Below are positions 27,807-36,764 of a DNA stretch of 64,000 nt, in pieces; position 1 is the first letter of the stretch, and the number at the start of each line of letters is the position of its first letter. The DNA lies in the NCBI GenBank assembly GCA_965242865.1, contig CBDETK010000013.1:1248001-1312000 (forward strand), in the 5' to 3' direction. The notes beneath the pieces were generated by a model. That model did not search any database. It was not told where the DNA came from and saw nothing but the letters and a program-made list of their open reading frames with translations. This DNA comes from Candidatus Latescibacterota bacterium (GTDB lineage Bacteria > Latescibacterota > UBA2968 > UBA8231). The translations under genes and the position numbers were made by a program.

Positions 27807-29819
27807 ATGAAGTCCTCCGCCATCGAGCGGCTCACCCGGTTCGGACGCGACCCCTTCATGCTGCTTACCGCCTTGATCGCCGGGCTGGGCACTGCCCACA
27901 TCCTCGTCCGCACCGCCACCTACGGAGCGAAGACCACCTACGACTCCGTATATTTCCTGTACACGGCCCTGAATTTCCTCACCGGAGAGGGCTGGCGGGA
28001 TCTCTCAGACACCCCGCTGGTCGTATGGCCGCCCTTGTTTCCCCTGCTGCTAGCGGCCGGTGGCTGGGTTCGCATCGATCCGGTGGAGGCGGGTCGGTTT
28101 ATCAACGCCACCGCCTTCGGGCTGACCATCCTCGCCGCCGGGTGCTGGCTGCGCTCAAATCTCCGGTTGCAGTGGCTGGCACTGGCCGCCACCGCGACCA
28201 TCGCGGCGTCCTTGCCTTTGAGCCATTTCGCGTCGTGGATCAAGACCGACTTCCTCTTCGTCCTGTTGACGCTCCTCGCCTTGGTCCAGTTGGCGGCCTT
28301 CCTGCATCGCGGCGGGCGGACGCTGCTGCTGCTGGGCGCGGTTTGCACCGCGCTGGCCGCGGTGACCCGCTATCCGGGCGTGGTCTTGATAGGCGTCGGC
28401 GTCCTCATACTGCTGGGGCGGCGCACCCCGCCGCTGGCCGCCCGGTTGAAAGACGCCGTCGCATTTGGGGCTGTCTCATCCTTGCCCCTCTCCGGAGTGC
28501 TGATGTACAACTGGACGGTCTCCGGCACCCTGACCGGGGGGAGAAGCGGGGCGGGGCAGTCCCTGTCCGCTGGGCTGAACCAAGTGGCGGATGTATTCAG
28601 GGAGTGGGTGATTCCCCCGAATGTGCCAGACGGGTTTGGCTATCTCCTGTGGACCGCGGCTGGGCTGGTTGTAGCAGCGGGGGTGGTCGTCGTGGTGGTC
28701 GGTCGCGGCTTAGGCCTGGGAGGAAAGAATCGGCCGGCGTCGCCGTTCTTAGGGTTGGGGCCGGCACTCCCATTCGGGGGGTTCGCCGTAGCTTACCTCG
28801 GATTCATGGTCGCCATCGTGCCCTTCACGGTTTATCAGGGCATCGACAGCCGCTACCTGCTGCCGGTCTATGTCCCGCTGCTGTTGACGGTCGTGTTCTT
28901 GCTGGATCGGTTCCTGTCCATCGAGGCGACAGGTCGGATAGCCGCGGTCCGGTCCGGTCTGGCGTCCCTCGTCCTGCTGGCCGCCCTCGCCCACACCGGC
29001 TTCTCGGCGCACAGAAACCTCCGCATTACCGCCGCAGCTTATGTAGCCGGGTTCGAAAGCTGGACGCTCAATGGCTCCTACTGGGAACCTTCCGAGACCC
29101 TGAAGTACATCAGAACCCGCCTTAGCGATGGCAGGATTTTCAGCAACAACCCCCACCTTGCTTGGTTTTGGGATCGGACCGCCGCCCTCGGAAAGCACCG
29201 GGGGCTCCCGGGCAGGCTTCACAAGGTGATACCGCGCATAATGCGGAGTACCGAGGGCGACGGCGCACATATCGTTTGGCTCCATAATGAAAAACCAGGC
29301 TCTCTTCACGACGACGACCGGCACTACTACGATGCTCTGGACATCCGCTGCCTGCCCGGCGTGGAACCCGTGGCCGAGCTATCCGACGGGGTGGTGTTCC
29401 GCGTAACGGCGGCGACCGAACCGTTCGATGCGGACCGGCATCGCGCCCGGAGACAACGCTACTTAGACCAACTCCTCGAACCGGCCGGCGAGCGGGTGGT
29501 CCGCGCCGACTGGGACGTGTACCGCAACGGACGCAAGCTGACCTATCTCAAAAAGCCATGTACACCAGCCGATGTGCAGGCCAAGTTCGTTTTGCGCGTC
29601 ATCCCGGCCGACCCAGCCGATCTGCCAGCCTCCCGCCAGCGGTACGGCTTTGACAACCTCGGCTTCTATTTCGACCGGCGCGGCTTCCGGCACGGCGACC
29701 AGTGTATGGCGACCGTTCATCTACCCACCTACGCCATCGGCCACATCCGGGTCGGTCAGTGGATTTCCGCCGAGAACCGCACCCTCTGGGAAGCGGAGTT
29801 TGCGGGGGCCGGGGATTGA
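27807..29819 (+). CDS. GT-C glycosyltransferase paralog 8
   Basis: ATG 3 nt after the previous stop; YDSVYFL, TRYPG and SRYLLP. Confidence 0.8.
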   Translation: MKSSAIERLTRFGRDPFMLLTALIAGLGTAHILVRTATYGAKTTYDSVYFLYTALNFLTGEGWRDLSDTPLVVWPPLFPLLLAAGGWVRIDPVEAGRFINATAFGLTILAAGCWLRSNLRLQWLALAATATIAASLPLSHFASWIKTDFLFVLLTLLALVQLAAFLHRGGRTLLLLGAVCTALAAVTRYPGVVLIGVGVLILLGRRTPPLAARLKDAVAFGAVSSLPLSGVLMYNWTVSGTLTGGRSGAGQSLSAGLNQVADVFREWVIPPNVPDGFGYLLWTAAGLVVAAGVVVVVVGRGLGLGGKNRPASPFLGLGPALPFGGFAVAYLGFMVAIVPFTVYQGIDSRYLLPVYVPLLLTVVFLLDRFLSIEATGRIAAVRSGLASLVLLAALAHTGFSAHRNLRITAAAYVAGFESWTLNGSYWEPSETLKYIRTRLSDGRIFSNNPHLAWFWDRTAALGKHRGLPGRLHKVIPRIMRSTEGDGAHIVWLHNEKPGSLHDDDRHYYDALDIRCLPGVEPVAELSDGVVFRVTAATEPFDADRHRARRQRYLDQLLEPAGERVVRADWDVYRNGRKLTYLKKPCTPADVQAKFVLRVIPADPADLPASRQRYGFDNLGFYFDRRGFRHGDQCMATVHLPTYAIGHIRVGQWISAENRTLWEAEFAGAGD

Positions 29820-29919
29820 CCCTCTTTTGGGGACACCCCTATCTTTAGACAGGGCGGCGAAAATAGGTTGTACCTCCGTAGCCCCGGCACGGGCAGGCTC
29901 GGATGCGGATGGCACTAGA

Positions 29920-30000
29920 CTAAGAATAATAACATAAGTGATTGTTTTTACTGAATTTATGATGGGGAGGGGGGGGGGAGATTTACCCTCTCCACGGTGA
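29920..30000 (+). promoter_or_regulatory. Partial AT-rich element (copy 3) with G10 tract inside a 13-codon leader ORF
   Basis: CATAAGTGATTGTTTTTA...TTTATGATG; G10 at 29969-29978; ATG at 29959 reads MMGRGGGDLPSPR* and its TGA (29998-30000) overlaps GTG at 29997. Confidence 0.55.
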
Positions 30001-32051
30001 AGTCCTCCGCATTCGAGCGGCTCGCCCGGTTCGGGCGCGACCCCTTCATGCTGCTCATCGTCGTCCTCGCCGGGCTAGGCACCGCCCACATCCTCGTCCG
30101 CACCGCCGCCTATGGTGGGGGAGGCCACTACGACTCCGTGCGCTTCCTGTCCACAGCCATGAACTTCCTCGCCGGCGAGGGCTGGCGGGATTTCAGGGGC
30201 GAACCGATGACGCAGTGGCCGCCTTTGTTCCCTCTGCTGCTGGCGGCTCTCGGTTGGGTGGGCATCGAGCCGCAGGCGGCGGGTCGGTTTATCAACGCCA
30301 CGGCCTTTGGGCTGACTATCCTCGCCGCGGGCTGCTGGCTACGCTCAAATCTCCGGTCGCAGTGGCTGGCAGTGGTCGCCACCGCGACCATCGCGGCTTC
30401 CCTGCCCTTGAGCAAACTCGCGTCCTACTTCTTTAACGACTCCCTCTTCGTCCTGTTTACGCTCCTCGCCTTGATGCACTTGGCGTCCTTCCTCCATCGG
30501 CGGACGACCGCGCCCCTGTGGTGGGCGGCGGGTTTCACCGCGCTGGCCGCGCTGACCCGCTATCCGGGCGTGGCCCTGATCGGCGTCGGCGTCCTGCTGC
30601 TGCTGCCCCGCGCCCGGCTCAAGCAGACCCTCGGCTTTGGCGCGATCTCGTCCCTGCCCTTGCTGGGAGTATTGGCGCACAACTGGGCGGTCACCGGGCA
30701 CCTGACCCGGGCAACAAGGAACACCCTATCGGCTGGGATGAGCCAGACCGTCAAGGTGTTCGGCGAGTGGATCGTCCGGGCAACAGGGAACAGAACAAAT
30801 GCTACCGGGCAGTCCCTATCCGAGGGACTAAGCCAGACTGTCAATGTGTTTCGCGAGTGGGTCGTCCCCGCGAACGCGCCGGATGGGGTGGCGTATCTGC
30901 TGTGGCTGGCGGTCGCCGCAGTCGGGCTGGCCGGTGCCGCGGTCGTCCTGCACACCACCCGAATGCGAAGCGACGACAGCGGGAGAGCCCACGCATCGTA
31001 TTTCCATTTAGGGCCGGTTATCCCTTTCGGGGTGTTCGCCCTAGCCTATCCCGTATTCATGGTCGCTGTCGTGCCCTTAACGATTGATCAAGGCATCGAC
31101 AGCCGCTACCTGCTGCCGGTGTATGTGCCCCCGCTATTGGCGGCGGTGTTCCTGCTGGACCGGTTCCTGTCCATTGAGGCGGCAGGCTGGAGGGTTGCCG
31201 TCCGGTACGGTCTGGCGTCCCTCATCCTGCTCGGTGCCCTCGCCCACACCGGCTTATCGGCGCACAGAAACCTCCGTATTACCGCCAGAGCATTGGAAGA
31301 CGGGTACTTAGGGTTCTGGGCGGACAATACCTTTTGGCAACCTTCCGAGACCCTGAATTACATTAGGACCAACCACATGGACGGCAGGATTTACAGCAAC
31401 GATCCCTTCCTCGCTTGGTCTGAGGAGAAGATCGCCGCCCCGGGCAAGTACCGAATGATCCCGCACGGGAAGTCAAAGCAGAAGGGATGGACCGAGATCG
31501 AGGCCGGAGCCTATATCGTTTGGTTTGACAGACTCCATAATCCAAGGGGGCTTCGCTACGACTCCTTTGACTTCCGTCTGCTGCCCGACGTGGAAACCGT
31601 GGCCGAACTGGCCGACGGCGTGGTACTCCGCGTACTCCGCCGAACAACAGTCGGATCCCTCGATATACAAAGGCACGCCCGCAAACAACGCTACGTGGAC
31701 CAACTCATCCAACAGGCCAGCCAGCGAGTCGAGCGCGCCGGCTGGACCGTGTGCCGCACCGGACGCAAGCTGACCTACTTCAAAAACCCGTGTACCCTCG
31801 CCGACGTGCAGGCCAAGTTCGTCTTGCACGTCACCCCCGCCGACTTGGCCGACCTGCCCGCCTACCGCCAGCGATACGGCTTTGACAATCTCGACTTCTA
31901 TTTTGACCGGAGCGATGTCCGACGCGATAACCCGTGTGTGGAGATCATCCGACTCCCCGCTTACCCCATCGGTCGCATCCGAGTCGGTCAGTGGATTTCC
32001 AGAGAGAACCGCACCCTCTGGGACGCAGAGTTTGCGGGGGCCGGGGATTGA
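29997..32051 (+). CDS. GT-C glycosyltransferase paralog 9
   Basis: GTG start; HYDSVRFL, TRYPG and SRYLLP; internal duplication RAT...LSxGxSQTVxVFxEW. Confidence 0.8.
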   Translation: MKSSAFERLARFGRDPFMLLIVVLAGLGTAHILVRTAAYGGGGHYDSVRFLSTAMNFLAGEGWRDFRGEPMTQWPPLFPLLLAALGWVGIEPQAAGRFINATAFGLTILAAGCWLRSNLRSQWLAVVATATIAASLPLSKLASYFFNDSLFVLFTLLALMHLASFLHRRTTAPLWWAAGFTALAALTRYPGVALIGVGVLLLLPRARLKQTLGFGAISSLPLLGVLAHNWAVTGHLTRATRNTLSAGMSQTVKVFGEWIVRATGNRTNATGQSLSEGLSQTVNVFREWVVPANAPDGVAYLLWLAVAAVGLAGAAVVLHTTRMRSDDSGRAHASYFHLGPVIPFGVFALAYPVFMVAVVPLTIDQGIDSRYLLPVYVPPLLAAVFLLDRFLSIEAAGWRVAVRYGLASLILLGALAHTGLSAHRNLRITARALEDGYLGFWADNTFWQPSETLNYIRTNHMDGRIYSNDPFLAWSEEKIAAPGKYRMIPHGKSKQKGWTEIEAGAYIVWFDRLHNPRGLRYDSFDFRLLPDVETVAELADGVVLRVLRRTTVGSLDIQRHARKQRYVDQLIQQASQRVERAGWTVCRTGRKLTYFKNPCTLADVQAKFVLHVTPADLADLPAYRQRYGFDNLDFYFDRSDVRRDNPCVEIIRLPAYPIGRIRVGQWISRENRTLWDAEFAGAGD

Positions 32052-34021
32052 TGAAGTCCTCCGCCTTCGAGCGGCTCGCCCGGTTCGGGCGCGACCCCTT
32101 CGCGCTGCTCATCGTCGTCCTCGCCGGGCTAGGCACCGCCCACATCCTCGTCCGCACCGCCACCTACGGCCCGGCGAGCATCTACGACTCCATACGTTTC
32201 CTGTCCACAGCCATGAACTTCCTCGCGGGAGAGGGCTGGCGGGATTTCAAGGGCCTCCCGCTGACAGGATGGCCGCCTTTGTTCCCTCTGCTGCTAGCGG
32301 CCTTCGGTTGGGTAGGCATCGAGCCGCAGGCGGCGGGTCGGTTTATCAACGCCACCGCCTTCGGGCTGACCATCCTCGCCGCGGGGTGCTGGCTGCGCTC
32401 AAATCTCCGGTCGCGGTGGCTGGTGCTGACCGCCATCGCGACCATTACGGCCTCCCTGCCCTTGAGCCATTGGATGGCACATTTCATTACCGAGCCCCTC
32501 TTCGTCCTGTTTACGCTCCTCGCTTTGATGCACTTGGCGTCCTTCCTCCACCGGCGGACGGACGCGCCCCTGTGGTGGGCGGCGGGTTTCACCGCGCTGG
32601 CCGCGCTGACCCGCTATCCGGGCGTGGCCCTGATCGGCGTCGGCGTCCTGCTGCTGCTGCCCCGCGCCCGGCTCAAGCAGACCCTCGGCTTTGGCGCGAT
32701 CTCGTCCCTGCCCTTGCTGGGAGTATTGGCGCACAACTGGGCGGTTACCGGGCACCTGACCGAAGCAACAAGTAAAAAACCCCTGTTCGCTGAGCAGTCC
32801 CTAGCGGCTGGACTGATCCAGATCGTCAAAGTGTTCGGCGAGTGGGTCGTCCCCCCGAACGCGCCGGAGGGGGGGGCGTATTTGCTGTGTCTGGCGGTCG
32901 GGTTGGTCGGGCTGGCCGGCGCCGCGGTCGTCCTGCACCGCCACCCCGAATGCACCACGCCGGCGTATTCCCGTTTGGAGCCAGCTATCCCATTCGGGGT
33001 GTTCGCCGTAGCCTACCCGGTATTCATGATCGCCGTCGTGCCCTTCACGGTTAAGCAGGGCATCGACAGCCGCTACCTGCTGCCGGTCTATGTGCCGCTG
33101 CTGTTGACGGTCGTGTTCTTGCTGGATCGGTTCCTCTCCATCGAGGAGGTGGGCTGGAGGGTTGCCATCCGGTACGGTCTGGCGTCTCTCGTCCTGCTGG
33201 CGTTCCTCTCCCACATCGGCTTATCGGCGCACGGGAACCTCCGTATTACCGCCAGAGCATTGGAAGATGGGCAGGAAATTAGCTGGCGGGAAAACCCCGC
33301 CTTTTGGCAGCATTCCGAGACCCTGAATTACATTAGGACCAATCGCATGGATGGCAGGATTTACAGCAATAACCCCTTCCTCGCTTGGTCTGAGGAGAGG
33401 ATCGCCGCCCCGGGAAAGTACCGACAAATCCCGCACGGGAGGTCACACGGGAAGGGATGGACCGAGATCGAGGCCGGGGCCTATATCGTTTGGTTTGACA
33501 GAGCCCATGATCCAACTCGTTTTCGCTACGATGCCCTCGACTACCGTCTGCTGCCCGACGTGGAAACCGTGGCCGAACTGGCCGACGGCGTGGTCCTCCG
33601 CGTACTCCGCCAAACGACAGCCGAACCCTTCGATACACAAAGGCATCGCGCCCGCAAACAACACTACATCAACCAACTCATCCAACAGGCTAACGAGCGA
33701 GTGGAGCGCGCTGGCTGGACCGTGTACCGCACCGGACGCAAGCTGACTTACTTCAAAAAGCCGTGTACCCTCGCCGACGTGCAGGCCAAGTTCGTCTTGC
33801 ACGTCACCCCCGCCGATTTGGCCGCCCTGCCCGCCCACCGCCAGCGATACGGCTTTGACAATCTCGACTTCTATTTCGACCTGATCGGCGTCCGGCTCTA
33901 CAACGAGTGTGTGGAGGTCATCCGACTCCCCGCTTACCCCATCGGCCGCATCCGGGTCGGCCAGTGGATTTCCAGCGAGAACCGCACCCTCTGGGACGCG
34001 GAGTTTGCGCCGGGCCGGTGA
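32051..34021 (+). CDS. GT-C glycosyltransferase paralog 10
   Basis: TGATG overlap start; IYDSIRFL, TEPLF and SRYLLP; internal G8 at 32869-32876. Confidence 0.8.
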   Translation: MKSSAFERLARFGRDPFALLIVVLAGLGTAHILVRTATYGPASIYDSIRFLSTAMNFLAGEGWRDFKGLPLTGWPPLFPLLLAAFGWVGIEPQAAGRFINATAFGLTILAAGCWLRSNLRSRWLVLTAIATITASLPLSHWMAHFITEPLFVLFTLLALMHLASFLHRRTDAPLWWAAGFTALAALTRYPGVALIGVGVLLLLPRARLKQTLGFGAISSLPLLGVLAHNWAVTGHLTEATSKKPLFAEQSLAAGLIQIVKVFGEWVVPPNAPEGGAYLLCLAVGLVGLAGAAVVLHRHPECTTPAYSRLEPAIPFGVFAVAYPVFMIAVVPFTVKQGIDSRYLLPVYVPLLLTVVFLLDRFLSIEEVGWRVAIRYGLASLVLLAFLSHIGLSAHGNLRITARALEDGQEISWRENPAFWQHSETLNYIRTNRMDGRIYSNNPFLAWSEERIAAPGKYRQIPHGRSHGKGWTEIEAGAYIVWFDRAHDPTRFRYDALDYRLLPDVETVAELADGVVLRVLRQTTAEPFDTQRHRARKQHYINQLIQQANERVERAGWTVYRTGRKLTYFKKPCTLADVQAKFVLHVTPADLAALPAHRQRYGFDNLDFYFDLIGVRLYNECVEVIRLPAYPIGRIRVGQWISSENRTLWDAEFAPGR

Positions 34022-34158
34022 TACCCTGATTCCATTCTCGTCCTCGCTGGCACGCTCGCTGCGCTCCAAGTTTGGGTTTTCCGCCGCCTTTTAGCCGGTT
34101 TGCCCCAATCGGGCCGATACGGTACTTTTTTGTCGTCTATTCTATAAGGAGTTAGGCC

Positions 34159-34629
34159 ATGAATAGCAGTCCTGCCTTTATTTCGTACGCCCACGACCCG
34201 GAAAGCCGCTCCGTCGCCCGCGCCCTTGCTGCGCGCCTCCGGCGGGATGGGGCTCCCGTGTGGCTCGACGAGTGGGAATTGCAACCCGGCGAGGAATGGC
34301 AGTCGAAAGTTGAGGCTGTTCTCAAGGAGTCCAAAACCATTTTGGCCATTATTTCTAAATCGTCGCTCGAGTCAGAATGGGTCCAAAGCGAACTCAAAGA
34401 AGCACTCGCACAAAATAAAGTTGTCATTCCGGTACTGAACGAGAAGGTTGGTTTCAATGATATTCCCGAATGCCTGAAGGCTCGCCAAGCCGTAGCCCCA
34501 TTGGACGACGACTATGCCTATCAACAGCTTCTAAAAGCACTGGGGGGGGCCGGTCCAGCCGACGACGACGATATCGACAATTTGCCCTTTTTGCAGCGCC
34601 TATTAAAATACGCCGCCAATGCTGCTTGA
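34159..34629 (+). CDS. TIR domain protein (TIR_2-like)
   Basis: AFISYAHD, VWLDEWELQPGE, SEWVQSEL (catalytic Glu position) and VIPV; SD AAGGAG. Confidence 0.85.
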   Translation: MNSSPAFISYAHDPESRSVARALAARLRRDGAPVWLDEWELQPGEEWQSKVEAVLKESKTILAIISKSSLESEWVQSELKEALAQNKVVIPVLNEKVGFNDIPECLKARQAVAPLDDDYAYQQLLKALGGAGPADDDDIDNLPFLQRLLKYAANAA

Positions 34630-34906
34630 GCCTCTCTTCAATTTGTTCACTCTAAATTTCGGTTGCGGCCTCTTTGGCAGTAGTATCATCGAAGCGATCG
34701 TGATTCTTCGCTATTATCAACGATCAGGTAGGCTGCCTCGCTACTACCGAAAGGTTGGCTTTTGGGTTGTACGCGCCGCAATCGCCCTTGCTGCTGGGAT
34801 TCTTGCCGTGTTGTACAATCCAGAAAATCCCCTACTTGCAGTACACATTGGGGCATCTACTCCTCTTATCGTCTCCACCATGGCAGGAACAACCCCCGAG
34901 AAATAA
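34619..34906 (+). CDS. Small membrane protein with about 3 TM segments, coupled to the TIR gene
   Basis: 11-nt overlap with the TIR gene; hydrophobic segments and an AVHIGASTPLI motif; AT-richer than flanks. Confidence 0.65.
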   Translation: MLLEPLFNLFTLNFGCGLFGSSIIEAIVILRYYQRSGRLPRYYRKVGFWVVRAAIALAAGILAVLYNPENPLLAVHIGASTPLIVSTMAGTTPEK

Positions 34907-34920
34907 CCTCCCTCCAACTC

Positions 34921-36036
34921 ATGCGCCACATCCTAGTCACAGGGGGAGCGGGCTTTATCGGCTCGCACACCGTAGATCGGCTCGTTGCCGCGGGCTACCA
35001 AGTTCGCATCCTCGACGCCCTACAAGAGCGAGTCCACCCCGCCGGCTGGCCCGCCTATCTGCCCGCGGGCGTGGAAAAGGTGCGCGGCGATGTGCGCCAA
35101 CGCGCCGATTGGCTCGCCGCTCTCGACGGCATCGACGGCGTCATTCATCTAGCGGCCTACCAAGACTACATGCCCGATTTTTCCACCTTCCACCACGTCA
35201 ACACGGTCGGCGCGACCCTGCTCTACGAGCTGATCGTCGCGCACAAGTTGCCCGTGCAAAAGGTGGTCTTGGCCTCGTCGCAAGCCATCTATGGCGAGGG
35301 CCAGTACCGCTGCGGCGCACACGGCATCGTCTATCCCAACGCCCGTGCGGACGCCCAACTCGCCCGCGCCGACTGGGAGGTCCGCTGCCCGCACTGCGCC
35401 GCCGCCCTCGACCACCAGCCGATCACCGAAGACACCGCCAACCCCCACACCCCCTACGGCATCTCCAAATATGCCGCCGAGCTGACCTCCTTCAGCCTCG
35501 GCCGCAAATACGACATTCCCACCGTCAATATGCGCTACTCCATCGTCCAAGGGCCGCGCAACTCCTTTTTTAACGCCTATTCGGGCATTGGCCGAATTTT
35601 TGCCCTCCGCGTCTTGCACGGCCAACCCCCGGTCTGCTACGAGGACGGCCAATCGCTGCGCGATTACGTCTATGTCGGCGACGTGGCCCGCGCCAACATC
35701 CTCTGTCTCGAAGACGAGCGCGCTGATTTCCGCTCCTTCAATGTGGCCGGACGCTGCGGCACCACCGTCCTCGAATACGCCCAGATCGTAACGCGCCTGG
35801 CCGGGCGGGCCATCGAACCGCTCGTAAGCGGCGAATACCGCTTTGGCGACACCCGCCACACGGTTTCCTCGGGCGCGGCCCTGCAAGCTCTCGGCTGGCA
35901 GCCCCAAGTCCCGCTCGAACAAACCATTGGCGAATACATCGAGTGGGTCCAAAGGCAGCCGGACCTCGCCGACTTCTACGCGGCCGCCCAAGCGAACATG
36001 CGGGCCGCCAACGTCCTCCGCCGGGCCAGCGCGTGA
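34921..36036 (+). CDS. NAD-dependent nucleotide-sugar epimerase/dehydratase
   Basis: VTGGAGFIGSH, HLAA, YGISK and RDYVYVGDVA. Confidence 0.9.
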   Translation: MRHILVTGGAGFIGSHTVDRLVAAGYQVRILDALQERVHPAGWPAYLPAGVEKVRGDVRQRADWLAALDGIDGVIHLAAYQDYMPDFSTFHHVNTVGATLLYELIVAHKLPVQKVVLASSQAIYGEGQYRCGAHGIVYPNARADAQLARADWEVRCPHCAAALDHQPITEDTANPHTPYGISKYAAELTSFSLGRKYDIPTVNMRYSIVQGPRNSFFNAYSGIGRIFALRVLHGQPPVCYEDGQSLRDYVYVGDVARANILCLEDERADFRSFNVAGRCGTTVLEYAQIVTRLAGRAIEPLVSGEYRFGDTRHTVSSGAALQALGWQPQVPLEQTIGEYIEWVQRQPDLADFYAAAQANMRAANVLRRASA

Positions 36037-36752
36037 AGGCACTGGTCCTAGCCGCCGGGCGGGGCACGCGCCTGCGTCCACTCACCGACGCGATCCCCAA
36101 GCCCATGGTCCCCTTTGCCGGCAAACCCCTGCTCGAATATGTCGTGCGCCTGTTGGCTCGGCACGGGTTCGACGACCTCGTCATCAACCTCCATCACTTG
36201 CCCCACGTCATCGCCGATCACTTCGGCACTGGCCGAGCTTGGGGGGTGTCGATCGCCTATTCGCACGAGGACGACCTGCTCGGCACGGCTGGGGCCGCCC
36301 GGCAAGTGGCCGCCTTCTTCGACCGGCCTTTTTTGGTGTACTACGGAGACAACCTGACCAATTTCGACCTAAGCGACTTGTGGCAAACCCACCAGCGCAC
36401 GGGTGCGCTCGCCACCATCGGGCTGGTGCGGCTGGACGACCCGACCACGCGGGGGATCGTCGGCCTCGACGCGCACCACCGCATCGACCGCTTCATCGAA
36501 AAACCCCGGCCCGACCAAGTATTCGACAACTATTGGGTCAACGCTGGAATCTACGCCCTCCAACCCGAAATCCTCGACCGCATCCCACCCGACACCCCCT
36601 GCGACTTCAGCGCGGTCTTTGCCGACTTGCTCGCGGCCGGCCGCCCCCTGCGCGGGCATCCCCTGCGCGGGCAGATCCTTTCAACCGATACGCCAGCGCG
36701 CTACCGCCACGCCCGCGAGTGCGTGGACTCAGCGGCTTTTACCCTTCCCTGA
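36033..36752 (+). CDS. Sugar-1-phosphate nucleotidyltransferase (HddC/mannose-1-P guanylyltransferase-like)
   Basis: LAAGRGTRLRPLT...PKPM, LGTAGA, YGD and FIEKP; GTGA overlap start. Confidence 0.88.
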   Translation: MKALVLAAGRGTRLRPLTDAIPKPMVPFAGKPLLEYVVRLLARHGFDDLVINLHHLPHVIADHFGTGRAWGVSIAYSHEDDLLGTAGAARQVAAFFDRPFLVYYGDNLTNFDLSDLWQTHQRTGALATIGLVRLDDPTTRGIVGLDAHHRIDRFIEKPRPDQVFDNYWVNAGIYALQPEILDRIPPDTPCDFSAVFADLLAAGRPLRGHPLRGQILSTDTPARYRHARECVDSAAFTLP

Positions 36753-36764
36753 AACGAGGCTAGC

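Noticed and set aside
1675-34021. Diversity-generating retroelement as the source of paralog variation
   Set aside because: No reverse transcriptase (YxDD) or template/variable repeat pair is seen in the window, and variation is spread over several loops with indels. An RT acting in trans cannot be excluded.
34542-34549. G8 tract in the TIR gene as a switch fusing TIR to the TM protein
   Set aside because: The TM protein's frame has a TAA at 34604-34606 between the tract and its start, so slippage cannot fuse them.
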